A stretch of DNA of 57,856 bases, taken from Bacteroidales bacterium. Lineage in GTDB: Bacteria > Bacteroidota > Bacteroidia > Bacteroidales > VadinHA17. The stretch spans positions 1-57,856 of the forward strand of contig JBGSLG010000118.1 in the NCBI GenBank assembly GCA_041740815.1. The letters are read 5' to 3'. The notes beneath the pieces are model-generated. The model had not been told where the DNA came from and made no database searches. It saw only the letters and a program-made list of their open reading frames with translations. Shown here piece by piece: positions 9,873 to 18,174 of the stretch. Position numbers and translations under genes: made by a program. Every line of letters starts with the position of its first letter. The first letter of the stretch is position 1.

Positions 9873-9937
9873 CCAGGAATAATTCTCAGAAGCTAAAAAT
9901 AGAGAAAATTTCTTATCGAGGTGTCAAAAGGAAAAAA

Positions 9938-10321
9938 TCAGAGCTCCTCCACCTCAATTATTTCAAACGGGACCTGCAATATGGCCTTGAAATCCTTGCC
10001 GGCATCACGCATGTTCTCATCGCCGTTCTCGCAGTACCAGCGGATGAGTACATCGCTGTTGCGGAGATATATCCGCTCGAACCTCTTGAAGAGGGAGTGT
10101 ATCCTGTTGGAGGAGCTGGTGTTGAAAAACTCGAACTTAACATTCAGCACGGTGCGTTCTGCCGGACGCAAACTGTAGCCTTCGATATACTCGAACAGGG
10201 GCCCGTAAAACCCGGGTGAGTTTTCAGGGATCGACTTGCCCTTCAGCTCAAAGAGGCCCTGCTCCGGATCAAAATTTACCGAAGGCGTTTTCGAAGTCTC
10301 TTTGAGAATATATTTTTCCAT
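9938..10321 (-). CDS. siaC: SiaC family regulatory phosphoprotein (DUF1987)
   Basis: TPSVNFD, GKSIPEN...FY, FFNTSSS and WY...D motifs. Confidence 0.85.
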   Translation of the reverse strand: MEKYILKETSKTPSVNFDPEQGLFELKGKSIPENSPGFYGPLFEYIEGYSLRPAERTVLNVKFEFFNTSSSNRIHSLFKRFERIYLRNSDVLIRWYCENGDENMRDAGKDFKAILQVPFEIIEVEEL

Positions 10322-10372
10322 AATCCAGAATTGGCAGCAGAGTATAAATGTAAAATATTCCGGTCAAAAAGA

Positions 10373-10433
10373 CAAATGTAACAGAGTTGTGGAAAAAGAA
10401 TTAATCAATTAAATAAGCTTTTTGTTACATTTG
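10373..10433. promoter_or_regulatory. Back-to-back -7 elements, both TACATTTG: minus strand 10373-10380 (siaC) and plus strand 10426-10433 (GH gene)
   Basis: Two TAnnTTTG matches in the divergent intergenic region. Confidence 0.5.
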
Positions 10434-10472
10434 GGCATAATCAGGCAAAACAGCACAAAAGTCTTTAGCGGA

Positions 10473-13196
10473 ATGATCAGGTGTAACAAGAACTTCAGCC
10501 GGCTTATAATATTCATTTTCTGCGTAGTATCGTTTCTACAGGTAGCCTTGGCAAAGGATATCACTGTCACGGGCACAGTATCTGATGAGGATGGGGCCCT
10601 GATCATGAACGCCAGCGTATCATTTTTCCTCAACACGAAAGAATACAAGGTTCTGACAAATACCGACGGGCGTTATTCATTGAAGGTCACAGGCTTATAC
10701 AGCGATGTGGCCGGAGAGTTCCAGACAGGCATACCATACCCCAACCCGTTCAACAACACTGTCAATATTCCATTTATTATCAACACCCCTGGCGACGTGA
10801 TGATGAACATCTACAACCTTGCGGGAGAAAAGGTAAGGGTCTTGGTCTTTCAGGATGTTGCTGCCGGAAGCTATAATATTGTATGGGACGGCTGCGGGCA
10901 GGACAGCGCGCCCATGAGTTCAGGGCTGTTTATCTATGCCCTTACCTTTAAAGGCAGAACATACAGCGGAAGGCTGGTGAAGACATCAGGCGGGTCCTCA
11001 CTGGCGGCAGGCAGCGGCCTTGAGCCTGTGATGATGCCACCCGTAACAACACTCCCGGAGCCGTCGTTCCGTTTCCCGGTGATATCTGAGGTTACTGCAG
11101 CGGATTATTATCCCGTCAGGCTCACTGATATAGTTCTTGCCAGTGATACAATCATGGATTTTGTGCTCACACCCAGGCAGGCAATTCCTTTCACGGTGTC
11201 CGGAGATCATATTGCCCGTTATTTCGGCGGAGACTATAAACCGATGATCCTTAAAGGGGTCAACCTCGGTTCATCACCTCCAGGCTACTTTCCCGGTGAG
11301 ATAGCCTATGCAATCAGTCCTGAGATGTATGAGAAGTGGATCAGTCGTATGGGTGAAGCAGGATTTAACTCGCTCAGGGTTTACACACTGCATCCGCCGG
11401 TATTTTACGAGAAGCTGGCCGAGTACAATCAGCGGCACCCCGATAAGCCTGTGCTGCTCTTCCAGGGCATCTGGCTTGAGGAGATTGAAGACGGATCCAA
11501 CCCGGCAGCTTATGATCTCATCAACCGTCGGCCAGCCTTCAGTGCGGAGATTGCAGAGGTGATCGACTGCATCAACGGCAACGGCGATATAGCCTTCAGG
11601 TATGGCAAGTCATACGGAATCTACAAGACTGATGTCTCGCGCTGGACTGCCGGATACATTATTGGCCGGGAGGTAGCGCCGCAGGAGGTTGACACTACAA
11701 ACAAATTCCATCCCGGTGTCAGCACCTATACCGGTACCCATTTCAGCATCACCGGGGGTAGCGCCGCGGAGGCCTTTGTTGCAGAGATGCTTGACAGGGT
11801 GATAGTGTTTGAGGAGTCGGAATACAATGTCAGCAGGCCGGTCAGCTTTTCAAGCTGGCCCACTCTTGACCCTCTTGATCATCCGACGGAGATCCACACG
11901 GATGAGGATGCGGCCTCAATAGACATAACAAAGATCAGCGGTGCAGGTACCCCTCCGGGGATGTTCGCCAGCTATCATGCCTATCCCTATTATCCGAACT
12001 TCATCAGCCAGCAGCCTTCATACCAGAGCTACAGCGACAGTGAAGGGCCCAACAGTTATCTCGGATACCTCCATGCGATGAAGGAGCACTACGGCAGCAT
12101 GCCACTTGTGATTGCTGAGTTCGGTGTGCCGTCAAGCTGGGGCAGCGCGCATCAGTCGTACAGCGAGATGCACCACGGCGGTTACTCAGAGACTCAGCAG
12201 GGCGAAAAAAACATGCGCATGATGAATAACATGCTTGACGCAGGCTGTGCCGGTGGATTCATGTTCGCATGGATGGATGAGTGGTTCAAGCGCACCTGGA
12301 TCGTGCTCTATCTCGAAGCCTACGGACTGAATGGCGGTGCAGATGCTATCCCCACCCGGCAGCTCTGGCACAACGAGACCTCTCCCGAACAGTGCTTCGG
12401 CCTGCTGGCTTTTGACCAGAAGAACGTTCCCGGGCTGGTATCATTCAATACTGACTCACCCTCAGGAACTGTCAGTTCAGTCAGGGCCACGCATGATGAG
12501 GGATTTCTCTATCTTGAGATTAACACAGCTGCAGACCTCTCTTCTTCCGATGAGTTTATGGTGGCATTTGACACCTACCTGGGCAACACCGGCGAATCGA
12601 CTCTCCCCGGGGGTGCAACCGTTACCAACAGGGCGGAGTTCCTGCTCACCTTCGGCCTCGATGATGATACGGCCCTGCATCATGTGACACAGGCATATGA
12701 CATGAACGGGCTGACGGTACGTTTCAATCTCACCGACCCGGATCTGCAGAAGTACCGCAGCACCAATACTGACGGCGCACCATGGAAGGTGATGAGGTGG
12801 ATCAATGACGGCTTCGAGCTCACCTACCACGATATCGGCAGGGTGCCCCTCGAACATGCCGCCGCATTCAGCGAAGGCAACAGGGCAGCTGTGGCATGGA
12901 ACGGAAAGAGGATCAGCATCAGGCTGCCATGGACCATGCTGCACTTCTTTGACCCTACCCAGATGAAGGTCAATGACGGGGCAGTATCGTATGACGGGGG
13001 CTATAACTTCGAGATCCAGACATCCACCTCTGACGGGATAGCTGTCTCAGTTTATCACAACGGGACGGTAACAAACACCACCAACAGGTACAGCTGGCCG
13101 AAGTGGCTCATCGTTCCCCCAACGGTTGAAAGAGAAAAAGCCTCGCTTCATGTTATTGAAGAAGGCTTCGCTTTAATTCCCGATTTTGTGGATTAA
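10473..13196 (+). CDS. Secreted clan GH-A-like TIM-barrel glycoside hydrolase/transglycosylase with N-terminal carboxypeptidase-regulatory-like and T9SS-CTD/FlgD-like Ig domains
   Basis: Signal peptide from ATG 10473; YPNPF...IYNLAG...WDG...SGLFIY; GVNLG, NSLRVYT, IIGREV, SYHAYPYYP, IAEFGVP and FAWMDEWFK motifs. Confidence 0.75.
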   Translation: MIRCNKNFSRLIIFIFCVVSFLQVALAKDITVTGTVSDEDGALIMNASVSFFLNTKEYKVLTNTDGRYSLKVTGLYSDVAGEFQTGIPYPNPFNNTVNIPFIINTPGDVMMNIYNLAGEKVRVLVFQDVAAGSYNIVWDGCGQDSAPMSSGLFIYALTFKGRTYSGRLVKTSGGSSLAAGSGLEPVMMPPVTTLPEPSFRFPVISEVTAADYYPVRLTDIVLASDTIMDFVLTPRQAIPFTVSGDHIARYFGGDYKPMILKGVNLGSSPPGYFPGEIAYAISPEMYEKWISRMGEAGFNSLRVYTLHPPVFYEKLAEYNQRHPDKPVLLFQGIWLEEIEDGSNPAAYDLINRRPAFSAEIAEVIDCINGNGDIAFRYGKSYGIYKTDVSRWTAGYIIGREVAPQEVDTTNKFHPGVSTYTGTHFSITGGSAAEAFVAEMLDRVIVFEESEYNVSRPVSFSSWPTLDPLDHPTEIHTDEDAASIDITKISGAGTPPGMFASYHAYPYYPNFISQQPSYQSYSDSEGPNSYLGYLHAMKEHYGSMPLVIAEFGVPSSWGSAHQSYSEMHHGGYSETQQGEKNMRMMNNMLDAGCAGGFMFAWMDEWFKRTWIVLYLEAYGLNGGADAIPTRQLWHNETSPEQCFGLLAFDQKNVPGLVSFNTDSPSGTVSSVRATHDEGFLYLEINTAADLSSSDEFMVAFDTYLGNTGESTLPGGATVTNRAEFLLTFGLDDDTALHHVTQAYDMNGLTVRFNLTDPDLQKYRSTNTDGAPWKVMRWINDGFELTYHDIGRVPLEHAAAFSEGNRAAVAWNGKRISIRLPWTMLHFFDPTQMKVNDGAVSYDGGYNFEIQTSTSDGIAVSVYHNGTVTNTTNRYSWPKWLIVPPTVEREKASLHVIEEGFALIPDFVD

Positions 13197-13204
13197 TCAC
13201 AAAA

Positions 13205-13360
13205 GGTCTTGCGGTCTTGCGGTCTTGCGGTCTTGCGGTCTTGCGGTCTTGCGGTCTTGCGGTCTTGCGGTCGTGCGGTCTTGCGGTCTTGCGGTCTTGC
13301 GGTCGTGCAGACCCAAAGACTTGAGACTTCCGACTTTATGGACTTTAGACTAATGGACCT
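13205..13360. repeat. GGTCTTGC x13 octamer array (11 perfect, 2 GGTCGTGC; 13205-13308) followed by GACTT-core degenerate repeats
   Basis: Read directly between the convergent GH and GT2 genes. Confidence 0.95.
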
Positions 13361-14782
13361 TCAGACCTTCTGACCTTTGGGCTTTCCCTTCCCCTGGAAT
13401 CCGCTTCGCTCTGCCTTACCCCATCCCTTCTTTCCGCGCATGGCTTCAAGGTTGCCCCTAACGGCAAAATAGGTATGCACCGGATAGAAGAAGGGCTCGA
13501 GCATGGCTGTGCCAATAAGCCTTAGTACATCCCTTTTCCTGCGGTACTTATGGAATGTAATCTCCTCGAAGAGCACAGCCCAGGTAGTCAGACTGACGGC
13601 AAAGCTGTAGACGAAGAGGAACAGCAGCAGGAAGAAAGGCAGGTTCAGAGAGCCTGTGATTGTAAGATAAACTGTATAAATCATACCAAGGAAGGCAATC
13701 AGTGGGGCGGCCCACTCAAACAGGAGCCAGTAAGGGTAACCGAGCAGGCCCAGGCGGCCGTAATGGCTGTTAAGCATCATCCGACGGTGCGACCAGAGTG
13801 ACTCGATCAGACCCCTGGTCCATCTTGTTCTCTGTTTGCGCATCGACTTAAGATCTGATGGGACCTCTGTCCAGCAGAGAGGATCAGGGATGTATGTGAC
13901 CTCATAGTTCTCCTTGTGTTCCGCCATGTAGCGTCTCATCCTAAGTACCAGCTCCATATCCTCTCCCACTGTCTTAACGCTGTATCCTCCGGCCTTTATG
14001 ACAGTCTCGCGATCAAACATTCCCATTGCTCCTGAGATTAGCATCAGCCCGTCGAGGTGGCTCCATGCCATGCGGCCGAGGAGGAACGCACGGGTATAAT
14101 CAAGAACCTGGAGCCGTGGCAGGAATTTCTTCGGCAGGTTGATCTGCTGAATATGCCCGCGCTCGATATCGCATGAGTTGACAATACGAATAACACCGCC
14201 GGTACCTATGACCTTCTTCTCCTTCTCCTCAAGGAAAGGCTTGACAAGTTTAAGGATAGAGTCGGCTTCAATAATTGAGTCCGCATCAATTGTCACGATG
14301 AGACTGCTGCGACTGATATTGATTCCCGCGTTGAGTGAGTCAGCCTTGCCCCCGTTGTTCTTGTCGATGACGGTAAGGCGGTTGTATGCAGGGTCTTTCG
14401 ATTTGTAAACACCTCTGATCCTTTCGCAGGGGATCCGGTAGTCAAAGTAATAGTTGACCCTGACCAGATCATACGATTCCCTGATCTTTTCAAAGGTATT
14501 GTCAGTAGATCCGTCATTGACAATTATGACCTCGAAGTTGTTGTAGTAAAGTGAGAGCAGGGTTCGAATATTGTCAATTATAGTCTTGCTCTCATTGAAT
14601 GCCGGTGCAATGATTGTGATGCGCGGACTGAGGGGGGAGAGCACAAGCGAGTTGTAGTTGACATAACTGTTTTTGCGCAGGTATTTCCTGAGCGCAAGCG
14701 CCGAGTGGATGCCAAGCAGCAGGTATGACCCGAAGAGGACAAGGGTCAGATAGAATATCAGATGTGCAAAGATAAATCCCAT
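13361..14782 (-). CDS. Processive GT2 polysaccharide synthase (PgaC/IcaA-like)
   Basis: PAFNE, NDGSTD, GGKADSLN, DADS, GED and QRTRW motifs; one N-terminal and several C-terminal TM helices. Confidence 0.9.
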   Translation of the reverse strand: MGFIFAHLIFYLTLVLFGSYLLLGIHSALALRKYLRKNSYVNYNSLVLSPLSPRITIIAPAFNESKTIIDNIRTLLSLYYNNFEVIIVNDGSTDNTFEKIRESYDLVRVNYYFDYRIPCERIRGVYKSKDPAYNRLTVIDKNNGGKADSLNAGINISRSSLIVTIDADSIIEADSILKLVKPFLEEKEKKVIGTGGVIRIVNSCDIERGHIQQINLPKKFLPRLQVLDYTRAFLLGRMAWSHLDGLMLISGAMGMFDRETVIKAGGYSVKTVGEDMELVLRMRRYMAEHKENYEVTYIPDPLCWTEVPSDLKSMRKQRTRWTRGLIESLWSHRRMMLNSHYGRLGLLGYPYWLLFEWAAPLIAFLGMIYTVYLTITGSLNLPFFLLLFLFVYSFAVSLTTWAVLFEEITFHKYRRKRDVLRLIGTAMLEPFFYPVHTYFAVRGNLEAMRGKKGWGKAERSGFQGKGKPKGQKV

Positions 14783-14787
14783 TGTAT

Positions 14788-16545
14788 TCAGTATATCCTG
14801 CGGTCAAGCACGTGCCTGACTATGATGTTATAGTTTTTATATTCCGATTTCATAACCTTGACAAGAGCCTGCACCCCAACCTCTCCCATGTTCTCAATTG
14901 CCTTGACTGCCTCTATCTGCAGCTGCACGTCGTCTTCCTTGTCAAGCACAAGCTTCAGGAATCCCAGCATGGACTGTTCAGGCATCTTCCCCATTGATTT
15001 TACTATCTCCAGGCAGTTGTTGTATTCCTGGAACTTATACATGCGCTTCATTGTCTCAAGCGTACTCCTCAGGTCGAGGTCGCCGGCCACCTCCACTGCC
15101 AGCTGGCTCACCCGCTGGTCGCGGTGCAGAAGGGCTTTTCTGATCTCCGGTTCAGCCTCTTTCTGCTTGAATTCCCTGATCATCCTGAGGGCGAACATAA
15201 CAACCGTGGGGTTGGATGAGGAAAGCCATTTCTGGAAATCCGGTACAGGTATCTCATGCTGGATTATGAGGTCGTGAAGGGTGATCTGTTCCCAAAGTGA
15301 GAAGGGTCTCTTCATCTGCGACAGGAAATCGAAGTGATTATCGTCGCTAAGACGAACCAGGGCTATCTGTGCCTCCATCCTGAGGATCTCATTTCTGGAG
15401 TTGAGCACTTTGTACATCTCATCGTTACCCTCCCTGATACCCATGAAGGCCAGTTCCCTGAAGCCCTTGATCTTTTTGTGCCACTTACTGCTCCTGGCCC
15501 TGGCCAGAGAGTCCGCGTCGAGATTCAGTTCCATGTAAAGCTTTGTCAGCTTCGCCTCGGAATCGCCCTTGAGGTTGACGCTGACGTCAATCATCTGGTC
15601 GATGAGCACCTGTCTGCGATAATCATCTGAGGCTATCTTTCTGAAAGCATCCGATGCTGTATTTCCAAAGAGGTAATCGATAATAAGCGACTGGTACTGT
15701 TCGAGAAGATACTGCCTCAGCCGGGCCTCCTTCTCCATCCTGTTCCTGTTGAGGAGGATGAAGACCAGGAGGATTATCATTGTGATGAAGGATCCGATGA
15801 TTGTAAATATCAGGGCATTGACCAGTGCTACTGATTTGCCGAAATAGTCGTAACGCGAGAGCCAGGGGCTGTCTCCCTTGAGGAAGAAGAGGTTGGTGAA
15901 ATTACGCCTGACCGGTTTATTTTCAGCCATGACAATTGCAGAGTCAGGCTCTGCAGCAAGGGTAGCTGCCGGCTCATTCGTTCCCGCAGCAACCGGGTCT
16001 TCTGTAGCGGCAGCTGACGGTTCTGCGCCAGGTATGTCTGTCGCCGGGTCTGCAGCCGGGTTATCCGGGGAAACCTCATCCGGGTTCTCCTGCAAGGCCG
16101 AAGCCGACTCCCCGGTGACCGGTGAGTCCTGTGTAGCCTCTGCCCGGGCGGCAGGTGTTGACCTCCTCTCAGGTTCCGGGAATGATACCGGTATATAAAG
16201 GCAGGGGGCGCTCCCTCTCAGTGCGCCGTTAATGAAGACCTTGAACATCTTTCCCTCCTCAATCACCTCAACGTGAATCTCAAGCATCTCAGCAAGTCTC
16301 CTTTGCAATGCCACAGCGTTGGCACGGCGGTCGAAGGCGCCCATCTGAATTGCATAATTCCCTCGTGAGAGTGATACGAGCCCGTCAACAGTCAGTTCAG
16401 ACGGGAAGGAAGAGAGAACAGGCATGTTCGCTTCAGAAATGGTGACGTGAAGTGAGTCGGCTTCCGGGACTCCGGTCAGGTTTATAGCCTGTATTAGTGA
16501 ATTGTGGAAGGCAAGAGCCAGCAATATGGTAAAGATTATCTTCAT
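14788..16545 (-). CDS. Bitopic membrane protein: signal peptide, SPOR-like segment, P/A/E/T-rich linker, TM helix, HEAT repeats
   Basis: YAIQMGAFDRRANA segment; TM ALIFTIIGSFITMIILLVFILL; HEAT-like repeats such as ILRMEAQIALVRL and VQLQIEAVKAI. Confidence 0.75.
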   Translation of the reverse strand: MKIIFTILLALAFHNSLIQAINLTGVPEADSLHVTISEANMPVLSSFPSELTVDGLVSLSRGNYAIQMGAFDRRANAVALQRRLAEMLEIHVEVIEEGKMFKVFINGALRGSAPCLYIPVSFPEPERRSTPAARAEATQDSPVTGESASALQENPDEVSPDNPAADPATDIPGAEPSAAATEDPVAAGTNEPAATLAAEPDSAIVMAENKPVRRNFTNLFFLKGDSPWLSRYDYFGKSVALVNALIFTIIGSFITMIILLVFILLNRNRMEKEARLRQYLLEQYQSLIIDYLFGNTASDAFRKIASDDYRRQVLIDQMIDVSVNLKGDSEAKLTKLYMELNLDADSLARARSSKWHKKIKGFRELAFMGIREGNDEMYKVLNSRNEILRMEAQIALVRLSDDNHFDFLSQMKRPFSLWEQITLHDLIIQHEIPVPDFQKWLSSSNPTVVMFALRMIREFKQKEAEPEIRKALLHRDQRVSQLAVEVAGDLDLRSTLETMKRMYKFQEYNNCLEIVKSMGKMPEQSMLGFLKLVLDKEDDVQLQIEAVKAIENMGEVGVQALVKVMKSEYKNYNIIVRHVLDRRIY

Positions 16546-17633
16546 CTTACTTTCCCTATTCCTCTGATGACAGATACGTTGCCCTCAAACCTGCTGCGAT
16601 AATCCGAAGCAGCATAATTCTCGTATGAATATCCTGCACCCACCCTCACTGACCAGTAAGAGTTGATCTGGTTAAAATATGTCAGCCTGAAGCTGGCAGC
16701 CTTCTGTCTTTCAAGATCAGTGATAATGTCATAAGGTTCATCCGGAGCAGTTCCGGCTCCGAGAGTAAGCTGCAGGTAATCGGTTGTACCGAAATATCTT
16801 CTTGCATTAACAAAGAATGAGGTGGTCACGCCTATGTCCTTAAAATAGAAATAGCTTCGGCCGGAGAACCACCAGTTATTCAGGTATTTTTCAACCGATA
16901 CCGTGCCTATCCATATGCTATGGTCAAAGTAGTAATAGTTGGCTCCGGCTGATACTGCCCATCCTTTGGGGAGTGTCTGCCACAGTTCAAGTGCGGCCCT
17001 GTGGCGGGGGAACCATGTCCCCGGGCTGTAGGCGTATGCCACATATGCGTAGTTCCTTTTTGTCAGTTCAGGCCATGCCTCTGCCGCAAACTGATAATCA
17101 TTTCCTGACAGATTTGAAGGTTCTCCGATTATGATGTGCCCGAGATTCACTGAAGCCACGGCCTGTCCCCAGGAAAAGCGATGTCCGGCCCCCAGGGTGA
17201 AGACCTGCCACAGTCTGTCATAGGGCTCCGAATATGTATCGAACATATAGCCTGCCCTGATATCTGTCGGGGGAGTGATTTGCTGCGACCTGTCGCGTGA
17301 CCACCGTCTGATGTCTTTCAAGGCTTCGAGTGCATCGCTGTTTTCAGGTTCAGTAATAAGAAGAGTGTCAATAACGGCGGCACCCTCTTCATAATGTCCC
17401 TGCCAGGCAAGTATTCTGCCAAGAAGCACCCTTGCGTCGCCGTAATTCGGGAACTGTTTAACGAGGTCACGGGCAGCAGGTTCAGCACCGGAATAGTCTC
17501 CGGAAAGCGCCAGTGACCTTATCCGTGAGTACTCCTCTTCTGGATTGGTGATCGTCTGGGAAAAGAGAGCGCCCCCGGTCAGGACCGTGATGACAAGTGA
17601 GATGAGTACTTTTCTGAACCTGCTCTGATGCAT
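16542..17633 (-). CDS. TPR + YaiO-family outer membrane beta-barrel protein
   Basis: Signal peptide; TPR PNYGDARVLLGRILAWQG; alternating aromatic beta-strands; 4-nt overlap with the next gene. Confidence 0.75.
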   Translation of the reverse strand: MHQSRFRKVLISLVITVLTGGALFSQTITNPEEEYSRIRSLALSGDYSGAEPAARDLVKQFPNYGDARVLLGRILAWQGHYEEGAAVIDTLLITEPENSDALEALKDIRRWSRDRSQQITPPTDIRAGYMFDTYSEPYDRLWQVFTLGAGHRFSWGQAVASVNLGHIIIGEPSNLSGNDYQFAAEAWPELTKRNYAYVAYAYSPGTWFPRHRAALELWQTLPKGWAVSAGANYYYFDHSIWIGTVSVEKYLNNWWFSGRSYFYFKDIGVTTSFFVNARRYFGTTDYLQLTLGAGTAPDEPYDIITDLERQKAASFRLTYFNQINSYWSVRVGAGYSYENYAASDYRSRFEGNVSVIRGIGKVR

Positions 17634-17636
17634 ACC

Positions 17637-17999
17637 TTATATAAGAGTTACTGCAGCCCTGATCTTGCTGATCAGATCTTCCGGGTCAAATGGCTTTGTT
17701 ATATAACCGCTTACCTTCATCTCCCCTGCCTGACGTTGTACCTGGGGATCACTGAAGGCTGAAACGATAAAAACTGGCGTTTGTTTCTTCAGGTCTGTAC
17801 GGAGAAACCGTATAACTTCCAGGCCACTGTGGTATGGAAGGTGAATATCAACAATAACAATATCGAAATCGGTCTTCCGGAGCATCTCGATAGCCTTGTG
17901 TCCGTCGCTTACGGTTACGGGATCAAACCCCTCTCTTTCAAGAACTACAGACATGGCTCTCAGCGCCAGTTGATTATCTTCACAGATAAGTATCTTCAT
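17637..17999 (-). CDS. Stand-alone response regulator receiver domain
   Basis: KILICED, VDIHLP (phosphoacceptor Asp), VSA and YITKPF; no output domain. Confidence 0.9.
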   Translation of the reverse strand: MKILICEDNQLALRAMSVVLEREGFDPVTVSDGHKAIEMLRKTDFDIVIVDIHLPYHSGLEVIRFLRTDLKKQTPVFIVSAFSDPQVQRQAGEMKVSGYITKPFDPEDLISKIRAAVTLI

Positions 18000-18174
18000 T
18001 ATTGTTTTTGTTCAGTCCTCCCGGTTAAATTTCTAAGGAGGCTGCTTTGCACCTCACTTATATGACCGCCAAAAGTGGCTCTTTTTATGCTTCCTTCAAA
18101 GAAAAGGCACCCTCAATTTGACCTGTGTTGATAAATCGGTGATAACCTGCCTTCTCTGTAAGACCAAAAAAAAC

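Noticed and set aside
13205-13308. Possible CRISPR array
   Set aside because: Contiguous 8-nt units with no spacers, and no cas genes in the window
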